Source of the DNA: an uncultured delta proteobacterium
GTDB taxonomy: Bacteria > Myxococcota > Myxococcia > Myxococcales > Anaeromyxobacteraceae
Direction of reading: 5' to 3'
DNA length: 64,000 nucleotides
Assembly: GCA_963737085.1 (NCBI GenBank)
Contig: CAVTRR010000005.1
Span: 173,409 to 237,408, forward strand
Shown here: one piece after another, positions 20,375-28,714 of the stretch
Layout of the letters: every line of letters begins with the position of its first letter
Position numbering within the stretch: position 1 is the stretch's first letter
Position numbers and translations under genes: made by a program
Notes under the pieces: generated by a model
Databases searched by the model: none
What the model saw: the letters and a program-made list of their open reading frames with translations, nothing else
What the model was told of the DNA's origin: nothing

Positions 20375-21349
20375 CTAGGCCCCGGGCTGCTCGCCCGCGA
20401 GCAGCGGCGCCTGGTGCAGGTACCGGCTCGCCCGGCGCTTCGCCTCGATGTCGCGGTAGACGCGCTCGACCTGCGCCGCGCTGAGGCCGATGACGGCGCC
20501 CACCTCCTCCGCGGGCGTGGCGTGGTCGTGGGCCCACAGGCACAGGTCCATGTCGCGGTAGGGCAGGGCGAAGTAGAACTCCTCCTGCGTCTGCGCGAGC
20601 GAGAAGGTGTCCGTGGTGGGCGGCCGGCTGCGGATCTCCGGCGGGACGCCGAGGTGCTCGGCGAGCGCGTACACCTGGGTCTTGTAGAGGTGCGCGATGG
20701 GCTTCAGGTCCGCCGCGCCGTCGCCCTGCTTCACGAAGAAGCCCTGGTCGTACTCCAGGCGGTTCGGCGTGCCGGCCACGGCGTAGCCCAGGCGATCCGC
20801 GTGGTAGTACTCCACCATCTTCCGGACGCGCTGCTTGAAGTTCGTGGCGGCCACGAGCTGGAGGTACGCGGCGGGCGGCATCCGCGCGCTCCGCTCGTTC
20901 CCCTGCGGGTCCGCGACGGTCAGCCGGGTGATGTTGAGGCGGTCGCGCTCGACGAGCGGCGGCAGCGAGAGCTTGCAGCGCCAGCCCTCGCCGTACTCGG
21001 GGAAGACGGCGCGGATGGCCTCGAGCTGCCGCGCGTAGCAGCCCAGCCCCGCCAGCGCGGGCCCGACGTCCTCGACCAGGAGCCGGACGCCGAGCTGGTC
21101 CGCGAGCAGCCGGGCCAGGCGGAGCGCGTCCCCGGAGGAGTCGCGCTCCGGCATCGCGAGCGCGAGCACGCGGTCCCGCCCGAGCGCGCGCGCGCAGAGC
21201 GCCGCGACCACGGAGCTGTCGATCCCGCCCGAGACCCCCACCACCGCCCCGCGGCGGCGCAGCACCCCGAGGGCCTGCTCCCGGAGGGTCGCCTCGATCT
21301 CCCGCGCGAGGCGCGGAGCGTCGATCCCCAGCACGTTTCGAGAGAACAT
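20375..21349 (-). CDS. nadE: NH3-dependent NAD synthetase-like N-type ATP pyrophosphatase (no glutaminase domain)
   Basis: PP-loop GVSGGIDSSVV, NFKQRVRK, GTPNRLEY, FFVKQGDG, KPIAHLYKTQVYALA, PTTD. Confidence 0.85.
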   Translation of the reverse strand: MFSRNVLGIDAPRLAREIEATLREQALGVLRRRGAVVGVSGGIDSSVVAALCARALGRDRVLALAMPERDSSGDALRLARLLADQLGVRLLVEDVGPALAGLGCYARQLEAIRAVFPEYGEGWRCKLSLPPLVERDRLNITRLTVADPQGNERSARMPPAAYLQLVAATNFKQRVRKMVEYYHADRLGYAVAGTPNRLEYDQGFFVKQGDGAADLKPIAHLYKTQVYALAEHLGVPPEIRSRPPTTDTFSLAQTQEEFYFALPYRDMDLCLWAHDHATPAEEVGAVIGLSAAQVERVYRDIEAKRRASRYLHQAPLLAGEQPGA

Positions 21350-21440
21350 CGCACCCGACGTTAAGGCCCGCCCGCCGCGCGCGGCACTCGGATCTATGGG
21401 GGCCGCTTGCTCCGCGCGGCGCGGGCACCACATTGCAGCG

Positions 21441-23072
21441 GTGCGACGCCTCGTCCCAGCGCCGGTCGCCCGGCCCGAGTCCCCCTTCCTCCACGAGTGG
21501 GTCTTCTTCCACGCCGACCGCCGGCCGGACGCCCCGGCGATCGCGACCCCGGAGACGCGCCTCTCCTACGGCGAGCTGGCCGAGCGGGTTCGCGCCCTCG
21601 CGGGACGGCTCGCCGCGGCCGGCGTCGCCCCGGGCGACCGGGTCCTCCTCTCGCTCCCGAACGTCCCGGCGGCGGTCGTCGCGGGCCTCGCGATCCACGC
21701 GGCGGGCGCCACGTCCGTGGAGGTGAACCGCGAGTGGAACGCGGAGGTCCTCTCCGGGATCGTCCTGCGGACCGGCGCGCGCCACGCGCTCGTGTGGGGG
21801 CGCGACGCGCGGACCTGGGCGCAGGTCCACGCCGAGCGGGCGCTCGCACGGCTGTGGGTCGTGCAGGGCGGCGCGTCCGCGCCGCTCCCGCCGCCGCTGC
21901 GCGGCGCGCCCGCGTCGCTCCTCGGCGAGGACGGCCGGGTGGACCCCTCGCTGCCGTGGAGCGCGCCGCGGCCGGCCGGCGACGACCCCGAGCGGCCCGC
22001 GCTCGTCCTCTACACGTCGGGCAGCACCGGCGTCCCGCGGGGCGTCGTCCAGAGCTTCCGCAACGTGGACGCCAACTCCCGCGCCATCGCGGAGTACCTG
22101 CGCCTCGACGCGAGCGACCGCGCCCTCCTCGTCCTGCCGCTCTACTACTGCTACGGCCGCAGCGTCCTGCAGACGCACCTGCTCGCCGGGGGCTCGGTCT
22201 TCCTCGACGGCCGCTTCGCGTTCCCGCGCGTGGTGCTCGAGGCGCTGGGCGCGGAGGGGTGCACCGGCTTCGCGGGCGTCCCGCTCACGTTCGAGATCCT
22301 CCGCAGGCAGGTGGACGTCTCGACCCTGTCCTTCCCGCGGCTGCGCTACCTCACCCAGGCCGGGGGCGCCATGGCCGCCGAGACGATCGACTGGGTCCGG
22401 CGCGCGTTCCGGCCGGCGCAGCTCTTCGTCATGTACGGGCAGACGGAGGCGACGGCGCGCCTCGCGTACCTCCCGCCCGAGCGCGCGGAGGAGAAGCGCG
22501 GCTCCTTCGGGATCCCCATCCCCGGGGTGGAGCTGCGGGTCGTGGACGAGGCGGGGCGCGAGCTGCCCGCGGGCGACGTGGGCCACCTGGTGGCCCGGGG
22601 CGCGAACGTGACGCGGGGCTACCTCGACGACCCCGAGGAGACCGCCGCCATCCTCCACGACGGGTGGCTCTGGACCGGCGACCTCGCCCTGCGCGACGCG
22701 GACGGGTTCCTGTTCCACCGGGGGCGCGCCAAGGAGATCCTGAAGATCGGCGGGCACCGGGTGAGCCCCGTGGAGATCGAGCAGGTCGTCGCGCGCCACC
22801 CGGCCGTCGCGGAGGCGGCGGTCGTCGGCGTGAAGCACGACCTCATGGGCGAGGTCGCCGCGGCGTTCGTCGTGCCGCGGCCGGGCAGCGCGCCTCCGAG
22901 CGACGCCGAGCTGCGGCGCCACTGCCACGAGCGGATGCCGCCGTACCAGGTCCCGGTGGCGTTCAACTGGGTCGAGGCGCTGCCCAGGAACCCGGCGGGC
23001 AAGCTCCTGCGCGCCGCGCTCGCTGCGCGCCACGCCGCGCCGGCTTCCGGGTCGGAGCACGATCCGTCCTGA
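21441..23072 (+). CDS. Class I adenylate-forming enzyme (acyl/aminoacyl-ACP ligase-like)
   Basis: YTSGSTGVPRG P-loop, YLTQAGG, MYGQTEA, WLWTGDL, GRAKEILKIGG, LPRNPAGK. Divergent from nadE. Start approximate (21396-21441). Confidence 0.88.
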   Translation: MRRLVPAPVARPESPFLHEWVFFHADRRPDAPAIATPETRLSYGELAERVRALAGRLAAAGVAPGDRVLLSLPNVPAAVVAGLAIHAAGATSVEVNREWNAEVLSGIVLRTGARHALVWGRDARTWAQVHAERALARLWVVQGGASAPLPPPLRGAPASLLGEDGRVDPSLPWSAPRPAGDDPERPALVLYTSGSTGVPRGVVQSFRNVDANSRAIAEYLRLDASDRALLVLPLYYCYGRSVLQTHLLAGGSVFLDGRFAFPRVVLEALGAEGCTGFAGVPLTFEILRRQVDVSTLSFPRLRYLTQAGGAMAAETIDWVRRAFRPAQLFVMYGQTEATARLAYLPPERAEEKRGSFGIPIPGVELRVVDEAGRELPAGDVGHLVARGANVTRGYLDDPEETAAILHDGWLWTGDLALRDADGFLFHRGRAKEILKIGGHRVSPVEIEQVVARHPAVAEAAVVGVKHDLMGEVAAAFVVPRPGSAPPSDAELRRHCHERMPPYQVPVAFNWVEALPRNPAGKLLRAALAARHAAPASGSEHDPS

Positions 23073-23242
23073 TCGTGCTCCGGCGGGTATTCACTCATCG
23101 TGGTGGCCCCGCCTGACCGCGCCGCGGCCTCCCTGAGATGCTCGAGGGCGGCTGCCCCGGCGCGCACCCACACCTACCGTGTTCCGAGCCGGATCGGTCA
23201 TGGCGGCCGGCCGGGGCGCAGTACTCACGGAGGGGGTAGAGC

Positions 23243-23785
23243 ATGAGCGCGCTTCAGGGGGTCAGGGCGGGAGTGTTCGTGGCGGCGCTGGCGGTGCTTC
23301 TGGGCCTGCCGGGCCTGGCGGCGGCACACCTGCCGCCGACGTGTCCGGAGACGTGGAACCCGGCCGAGGAGCCGTCGAAGTTCACCGGCGTGCCCGGCGG
23401 GTGGTCGACCGCGCCCGGCACCACGAACGAGTCCACGCCGCAGAACCCGGACGGCTTCTTCCTGGTCCAGACCTCCGATGGGCACGACGTGGAGCTGTGG
23501 GACGGGTGCCCCGGCTTCGGTGGCCTCGAGGAAGGAAACGGCACCGGCGACCTGATCACGACCGTGGATAGCGGGACCGCCATCAAGTACACGGAGGCGA
23601 ACGGCAAGGAGATCGGCTTCAAGCCGATGGCCGCCAACAACGGCCAGGCCGGCGGCAACGCCGACTACATCTACATCCACGTCTGGGGCCAGGGCGACCT
23701 GTGGGTGTGCGACGCGCTGGACGATACGGCGTGCGCGTGCTGCTACGTCCCGCCGCCGCCGTTCACGCCGCCACAGGAGCAGTAG
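23243..23785 (+). CDS. Secreted Cys-containing hypothetical protein
   Basis: GGAGGGG SD, Sec signal (VFVAALAVLLGLPGLAAA), six Cys including C-terminal CACC, Pro-rich tail; no family recognised. Confidence 0.7.
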   Translation: MSALQGVRAGVFVAALAVLLGLPGLAAAHLPPTCPETWNPAEEPSKFTGVPGGWSTAPGTTNESTPQNPDGFFLVQTSDGHDVELWDGCPGFGGLEEGNGTGDLITTVDSGTAIKYTEANGKEIGFKPMAANNGQAGGNADYIYIHVWGQGDLWVCDALDDTACACCYVPPPPFTPPQEQ

Positions 23786-23962
23786 CCAGGCCCCCGCACG
23801 ATCGGCGGTCCACCGTCACCGTACCGCTCCGGGCCCCGCGCGCATCCGCGCGCGAGGCCCGCTCGCTTTCGGGGCGTGGGGGGCCGCCACGAGGCCGGAG
23901 CGGGAGCGCGTGCAGCGCCGACTTGACGCGTCTCCGCGAAGCGATTACCTCCTGCTCTCTTC

Positions 23963-23976
23963 TGAATCCCGGTTCA
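23963..23976. promoter_or_regulatory. Candidate TetR operator
   Basis: TGAA-N6-TTCA inverted repeat 5 nt before the tetR ATG; a TTGACG -35-like hexamer lies at 23923-23928. Confidence 0.4.
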
Positions 23977-23981
23977 CGGAA

Positions 23982-24584
23982 ATGAGCAAGAGTTCACCCC
24001 CGCCGATCCGCCTGCGCGAGCGCCTCCGCGACGAGGCGGCCCGCGCCATCCTCGCGGCCGCCGAGGAGGTGTTCGCCGAGGAGGGGCTCAAGGCGCGCAT
24101 GGAGCGGATCGCCGCGCGCGCCGGGGTGGCCGTCGGGACGCTCTACAACCACTTCGAGGACCGGGAGGCGCTGCTCCGGTCGCTCGTCCGCTCGCGCCGG
24201 GAGGCGCTCCTCGAGCGGGTGGACCGGGCCGTCGCGGCCGCGGGCGACGCCGGCGTCGAGGCGCGGCTCCGCGCCTTCCTGCGCGGGGTGCTCGAGCACG
24301 CGGCCGCCCACGGGGGCCTCCTCTCGGTGCTGGTGCAGGCGGGCGAGGGGCCCGCGCGGCCGCGCCCTCCCAAGACGCTCCTCGCCGACCTCGCGGCGCG
24401 CGCCGACCGGATCGTGGCGGAGGGGGTCGCGGCCGGCGAGCTGCGCCCCGACGACGCGAAGGTGTTCGGCCTCGCGCTCGTCGGCATGGCGCGCGCGGTG
24501 CTCGTCCGGGCGCTCGAGCGCGGCGCGTCCGCGGACGCCACCGACGCGCTCCTCGACCTCTTCCTGCGCGGGGCCGCGCGGTGA
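23982..24584 (+). CDS. TetR/AcrR family transcriptional regulator
   Basis: AILAAAEEVFAEEG...MERIAARAGVAVGTLYNHFEDREAL HTH. Confidence 0.92.
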   Translation: MSKSSPPPIRLRERLRDEAARAILAAAEEVFAEEGLKARMERIAARAGVAVGTLYNHFEDREALLRSLVRSRREALLERVDRAVAAAGDAGVEARLRAFLRGVLEHAAAHGGLLSVLVQAGEGPARPRPPKTLLADLAARADRIVAEGVAAGELRPDDAKVFGLALVGMARAVLVRALERGASADATDALLDLFLRGAAR

Positions 24585-26203
24585 CGACGCTCTCGGCCAC
24601 CCACCCCGGCGCGCTCCCCGCCGCGCGGCCGGCCACGAACAAGTGGCTCGTCACGGTCTCGGTGACCTTCGGCACGCTCATGGGGGCGATCGACGCGTCG
24701 ATCGTGAACGTCGCCCTCCCGCACATGCGCGGCGCGGTCGGCGCGACGCTCCAGGAGATCACCTGGATCACCACCGGCTTCGCGATCGCCACGGTGATCG
24801 TGATGCCGCTCACCGCCTTCCTGGGCCGCCTCTTCGGCCAGAAGCGCGTGTACATGGCGAGCCTCCTCCTGTTCGTCGTCGCGTCGGCGCTCTGCGGCGT
24901 CGCCGCGACGCTCACCCAGCTCGTGCTCTTCCGCGTGCTGCAGGGGGTCGGCGCGGGCGCGCTGCAGCCCACGGAGCAGGCGATCCTGAGGCAGACCTTC
25001 CCGCCCGAGGAGCAGGGGCTCGCCATGGCCCTCTTCGGCATGGCGGTGATGATCGGCCCCGCGGTCGGCCCGACGCTGGGCGGGTACATCGTCGACAACT
25101 TCCACTGGTCCTGGATCTTCTTCATCAACCTGCCGGTGGGCGCCCTGGGCCTCTTCATGGTCTGGCGGTTCGTCCACGAGCCCGAGGACGTCCGCGCCGC
25201 GAACGCGGCGGGGGCGGCGGCGCAGCGCCGCAACCTGGACTGGATCGGGATCGCGCTCCTCGCCGTGGGGCTCGCCGCGCTGCAGTTCCTCCTCGAGGAG
25301 GGGCAGCAGAAGGACTGGTTCGAGTCGAGCCTCATCGTGGGCTGCGCGGCCGTGACCGGGGTCGCCCTCGCGCTCTTCGTCTGGCGCGAGCTCGTGGCGC
25401 CGGTCCCGGCGGTGAACGTCCGCCTGTTCAAGGACCCGCTCTTCGCCTCCGGCACCGCCATCGGCGCGGTGATGTTCGCGATCCTGCTCTCCTCCATGTT
25501 CCTCCTGCCGGTCTTCATGCAGGAGCTGCTCGGCTTCACCGCGATGCAGTCCGGCCTCGCGCTCATGCCGCGGACGCTCGTGATGATGGCGGTGACGCCC
25601 TTCGTCGGGCGGCTCTACGGGCGCGTCTCGGCGCGCGCCCTCATCGCCGTGGGGATCGCCTTCGTGTCCATGGGGGCGTGGCTCGTCTCGCACGTCACGC
25701 TCGAGACCACCTCGCGGGGGATCGTGCTGCCGATCATGGTCCAGGGCATCGGCTTCAGCTTCCTCTTCGTGCCGCTCACCACCGCGGCGCTCGCGAACAT
25801 CCCGCGCCAGAAGCTCGCCGACGCGACCGGCCTCAACTCGCTGCTGCGCCAGGTGGGCGCCTCGATGGGCCTCGCGGTCTTCGCGACGCTCCTGTCGCGC
25901 TACGGCGTGCAGGCCAAGGCGGCCGTCGCCGCCCACGTCGCCCTCGACCGGCCCGAGGTGCAGGCCCGCCTCGCCGCGCTCGCGGGCGGGTTCGCGCAGG
26001 GCGGGCTCGATCCCGTCTCGGCCCAGGAGGCGGCGCTCCGCGCGCTGAACGGGATCGTGACCCGGCAGGCGATGGCGATCGCCTTCGAGCGCGTGCTGCT
26101 CCTCAGCGGCGTCCTGCTGCTCGCCGTCCTGCCGCTCCTCTACTTCCTGAAGGTGAAGCGCCGCCGCCCGTCCGCGGCGCCCCACGTCGAGCTGGAGATG
26201 TGA
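24581..26203 (+). CDS. emrB: DHA2 (EmrB/QacA) 14-TM MFS efflux permease
   Basis: DASIVNVALPHM, RLFGQKR, RVLQGVGAG, GPAVGPTLGG, WSWIFFINLPVG. Confidence 0.9.
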   Translation: MTTLSATHPGALPAARPATNKWLVTVSVTFGTLMGAIDASIVNVALPHMRGAVGATLQEITWITTGFAIATVIVMPLTAFLGRLFGQKRVYMASLLLFVVASALCGVAATLTQLVLFRVLQGVGAGALQPTEQAILRQTFPPEEQGLAMALFGMAVMIGPAVGPTLGGYIVDNFHWSWIFFINLPVGALGLFMVWRFVHEPEDVRAANAAGAAAQRRNLDWIGIALLAVGLAALQFLLEEGQQKDWFESSLIVGCAAVTGVALALFVWRELVAPVPAVNVRLFKDPLFASGTAIGAVMFAILLSSMFLLPVFMQELLGFTAMQSGLALMPRTLVMMAVTPFVGRLYGRVSARALIAVGIAFVSMGAWLVSHVTLETTSRGIVLPIMVQGIGFSFLFVPLTTAALANIPRQKLADATGLNSLLRQVGASMGLAVFATLLSRYGVQAKAAVAAHVALDRPEVQARLAALAGGFAQGGLDPVSAQEAALRALNGIVTRQAMAIAFERVLLLSGVLLLAVLPLLYFLKVKRRRPSAAPHVELEM

Positions 26204-26205
26204 CC

Positions 26206-27261
26206 ATGACCCCTCCCGATCCCAAGCTCCACCCCGTGCCCGAGGACGCGGCGCCCCGCCCCGCCGAGCCCGGCCGGGCCGCCGCGCGCCGCGGCGGGAA
26301 GCGGCGCGTCCTCGCGGGCGTCGGCCTCGTCGCGGCGGTCGCGCTCGCGGCCGCCGGCGTGCGGGCCTTCCTCGCCCGCGGCGACGAGACCACCGACGAC
26401 GCCTTCGTCGAGGCGGACGTGGTCGCGGTCGCGCCGCGGGTCGCCGGCACGGTGGCCGAGGTCGTCGTCGCCGAGAACGCGGCCGTCCGCGCGGGGGACG
26501 TCCTCCTCCGCCTCGACGACGCCGACTACGTGGCGCGCGCCCGCCAGGCAGAGGCCGAGGTCGAGACCGCCCGGGCGCAGGCGGGCGCCGCCGACGCCCA
26601 GGTCCGCGCCGCCCGCGCCACCGTGTCCCGGACCGACGCGGAGGCGGAGAAGGCGAAGCTCGACCTCGCGCGCGCCGAGGAGCTCCGCGCCGGGGGCGCC
26701 ATCGCGACCGAGCGCTTCGACGCCTCGCGCATCTCGAGCGAGACCGCGCGCGCGGGCGCCGGCGCGAACCGCGCCCAGTACGCCGCGGCGCTCGCCAACG
26801 TCGACCTCTCGCGCGCGCGGGTGAAGTCCGCCGAGGCGGCCCTCGAGCTCGCGCGCCTGCAGCGCTCCTACACGGTGGTCCGCGCGGCCGCGGACGGGAC
26901 CGTCTCGCGGCTCGCGGCGCGCACCGGCCAGATCGTGCAGCCGGGGCAGGTGCTCGCGCAGCTCGTGCCGAGCGCGACGTACGTCGTCGCGAACTTCAAG
27001 GAGACGCAGACCGGCGCCATCCGGCCCGGCCAGGCGGTGGAGGTCGAGGTGGACGCCTACGGCGGCCGGAAGCTCGAGGGACGGGTGGAGAGCCTCTCCG
27101 GAGGCACGGGCGCACGCTTCGCCCTCCTCCCGCCCGACAACGCCTCGGGGAACTTCGTGAAGGTGGTGGAGCGCGTGCCGGTGCGGATCGCCTGGGCCGC
27201 GCCGCCCGGGCTGGCGCTCCGCGCCGGGCTCTCCGCGAGCGTGACCGTGCACACGCGGTAG
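26206..27261 (+). CDS. emrA: HlyD/EmrA family membrane fusion protein
   Basis: TTDDAFVEAD, VAPRVAGTV, V-x-AGDVL, VVANFKETQ, FALLPPDNASGNFVKVVERVPVRI. Confidence 0.92.
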   Translation: MTPPDPKLHPVPEDAAPRPAEPGRAAARRGGKRRVLAGVGLVAAVALAAAGVRAFLARGDETTDDAFVEADVVAVAPRVAGTVAEVVVAENAAVRAGDVLLRLDDADYVARARQAEAEVETARAQAGAADAQVRAARATVSRTDAEAEKAKLDLARAEELRAGGAIATERFDASRISSETARAGAGANRAQYAAALANVDLSRARVKSAEAALELARLQRSYTVVRAAADGTVSRLAARTGQIVQPGQVLAQLVPSATYVVANFKETQTGAIRPGQAVEVEVDAYGGRKLEGRVESLSGGTGARFALLPPDNASGNFVKVVERVPVRIAWAAPPGLALRAGLSASVTVHTR

Positions 27262-27271
27262 AGCGCGGCGG

Positions 27272-28690
27272 CTACTCGCTCCCCGCCGCGACGGCCGCGC
27301 GCCGCCACTCCTCGAGGCGGCGCACCTGCTCGGCGAACGTCACCTCTCCGCCCGCGGCCATCTCGGCGCCGGCCACGGCGAGGCGCTCGCCCGAGTCGAG
27401 CTCCTCCGCGATGCGCGGCGCCGCCTCGCGCGTGATCCGGTGGACGACGATCACCATCCACGCGAGCGAGGCGAGGGAGAGGGCGAAGAGGAACATGAAG
27501 GTGGTGGTGGGGAGCCTGGTCCGCTGCGCCAGCGCGCCGAACAGGATCGGCATGACGAACCCGCCCAGCCCGCCGATGACGCCCACGAGCCCGCCGACCG
27601 CGCCGACGCGGTCCGGGAAGTAGTGCGGGATGTGCTTGTAGACGGCGGCCTTTCCAATCCCCATCGCGAGCCCCAGCACGAACACGAGGGCGGTGAAGAG
27701 CGCCGGGCCGATGCGCAGGGAGAGGTGCATCGTGCTCCCGCCCGCGGCGTACTTCGCCGGCACGTTGAAGGCGAGCTGCACGTCCGGGAACATGAGCACG
27801 AAGGAGGTGACGACGCAGGTGCCGAGCACCCCGTACATCACGGTGCGCGCGCCGAAGCGGTCGGAGAGCCAGCCGCCCGGGGCCCGGACGATCCCGGAGG
27901 GGAAGACGAAGAGCGCCGTGAGGAGCGCCGCCGTCCGGAGGTCGAACCCGTAGACGTCCATGTAGTACTTGGGCAGCCAGAGCGAGAGGGCGACGTAGCC
28001 GCCGAAGACCAGGAAGTAGTAGAGGCCGAAGCGCCACACGCGGACCTGGCGCAGCGGCGCCAGCATCCGGCGGAGCGACGTCCTCTTCCGGTGCGCGTGA
28101 TCCGTGTACGTGCACGCCCAGTAGAGGGCGGCCGAGGCCAGCACGGCGAGGGCGTAGACGAACGGGACGAAGCGCCAGCCTCCGGGCACGAAGGCGACGC
28201 CGCCCGCCGGGACGACGGTCATGAGCGCCGGCGCGAGGAGCTTCGTCACCGAGGCCCCGGTGTTGCCGGCGCCGAAGATGCCGAGCGCCGTGCCCTGCAG
28301 CCGCGGCGGGAACCAGGCGGAGGTGTAGGCGATCCCGATCGCGAAGGACGTCCCCGACAGGCCGATGAAGAGGCCGAGCACGAGGTACTGCCAGTAGCGG
28401 TCCGCGGCGGTGAGGAGGAGGAGCGGCACGGCGGTGAAGGCGAGGAGGGCGGTGAAGAGGGGGCGCCCGCCCCACCAGTCGGTGGCCATGCCCACCGGGA
28501 GGCGGAGGACCGAGCCGGTCAGCACCGGGAGCGCCACCAGCAGCGCGAACTCGGTGTCGCCGAGCGACAGCTCGCGGCGGATCTGGAGCCCGACGATCGC
28601 GAACACCACCCACACCGCGAACATCACGGTGAAGGCGAAGGTGTTCATGGCGAGGACCGAGTTCCGCTTCCAGGTCTCCGAACGCTCCAT
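27272..28690 (-). CDS. narK: Nitrate/nitrite porter, NarK1-like
   Basis: LPVLTGSVLRLP, GLSGTSFAIGIAYTSAWFP, GTALGIFGAGNTG, GGWLSDRFGAR, GIGKAAVYKHIP, GGLGGF. Confidence 0.9.
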   Translation of the reverse strand: MERSETWKRNSVLAMNTFAFTVMFAVWVVFAIVGLQIRRELSLGDTEFALLVALPVLTGSVLRLPVGMATDWWGGRPLFTALLAFTAVPLLLLTAADRYWQYLVLGLFIGLSGTSFAIGIAYTSAWFPPRLQGTALGIFGAGNTGASVTKLLAPALMTVVPAGGVAFVPGGWRFVPFVYALAVLASAALYWACTYTDHAHRKRTSLRRMLAPLRQVRVWRFGLYYFLVFGGYVALSLWLPKYYMDVYGFDLRTAALLTALFVFPSGIVRAPGGWLSDRFGARTVMYGVLGTCVVTSFVLMFPDVQLAFNVPAKYAAGGSTMHLSLRIGPALFTALVFVLGLAMGIGKAAVYKHIPHYFPDRVGAVGGLVGVIGGLGGFVMPILFGALAQRTRLPTTTFMFLFALSLASLAWMVIVVHRITREAAPRIAEELDSGERLAVAGAEMAAGGEVTFAEQVRRLEEWRRAAVAAGSE

Positions 28691-28714
28691 GGCACGCTCC
28701 GCCGGGACCGCGGG

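Noticed and set aside
21423-21439. GGGCACCACATTGCA sigma-54-like element before the adenylation enzyme
   Set aside because: Poor -24 match and too close to the proposed start codon.
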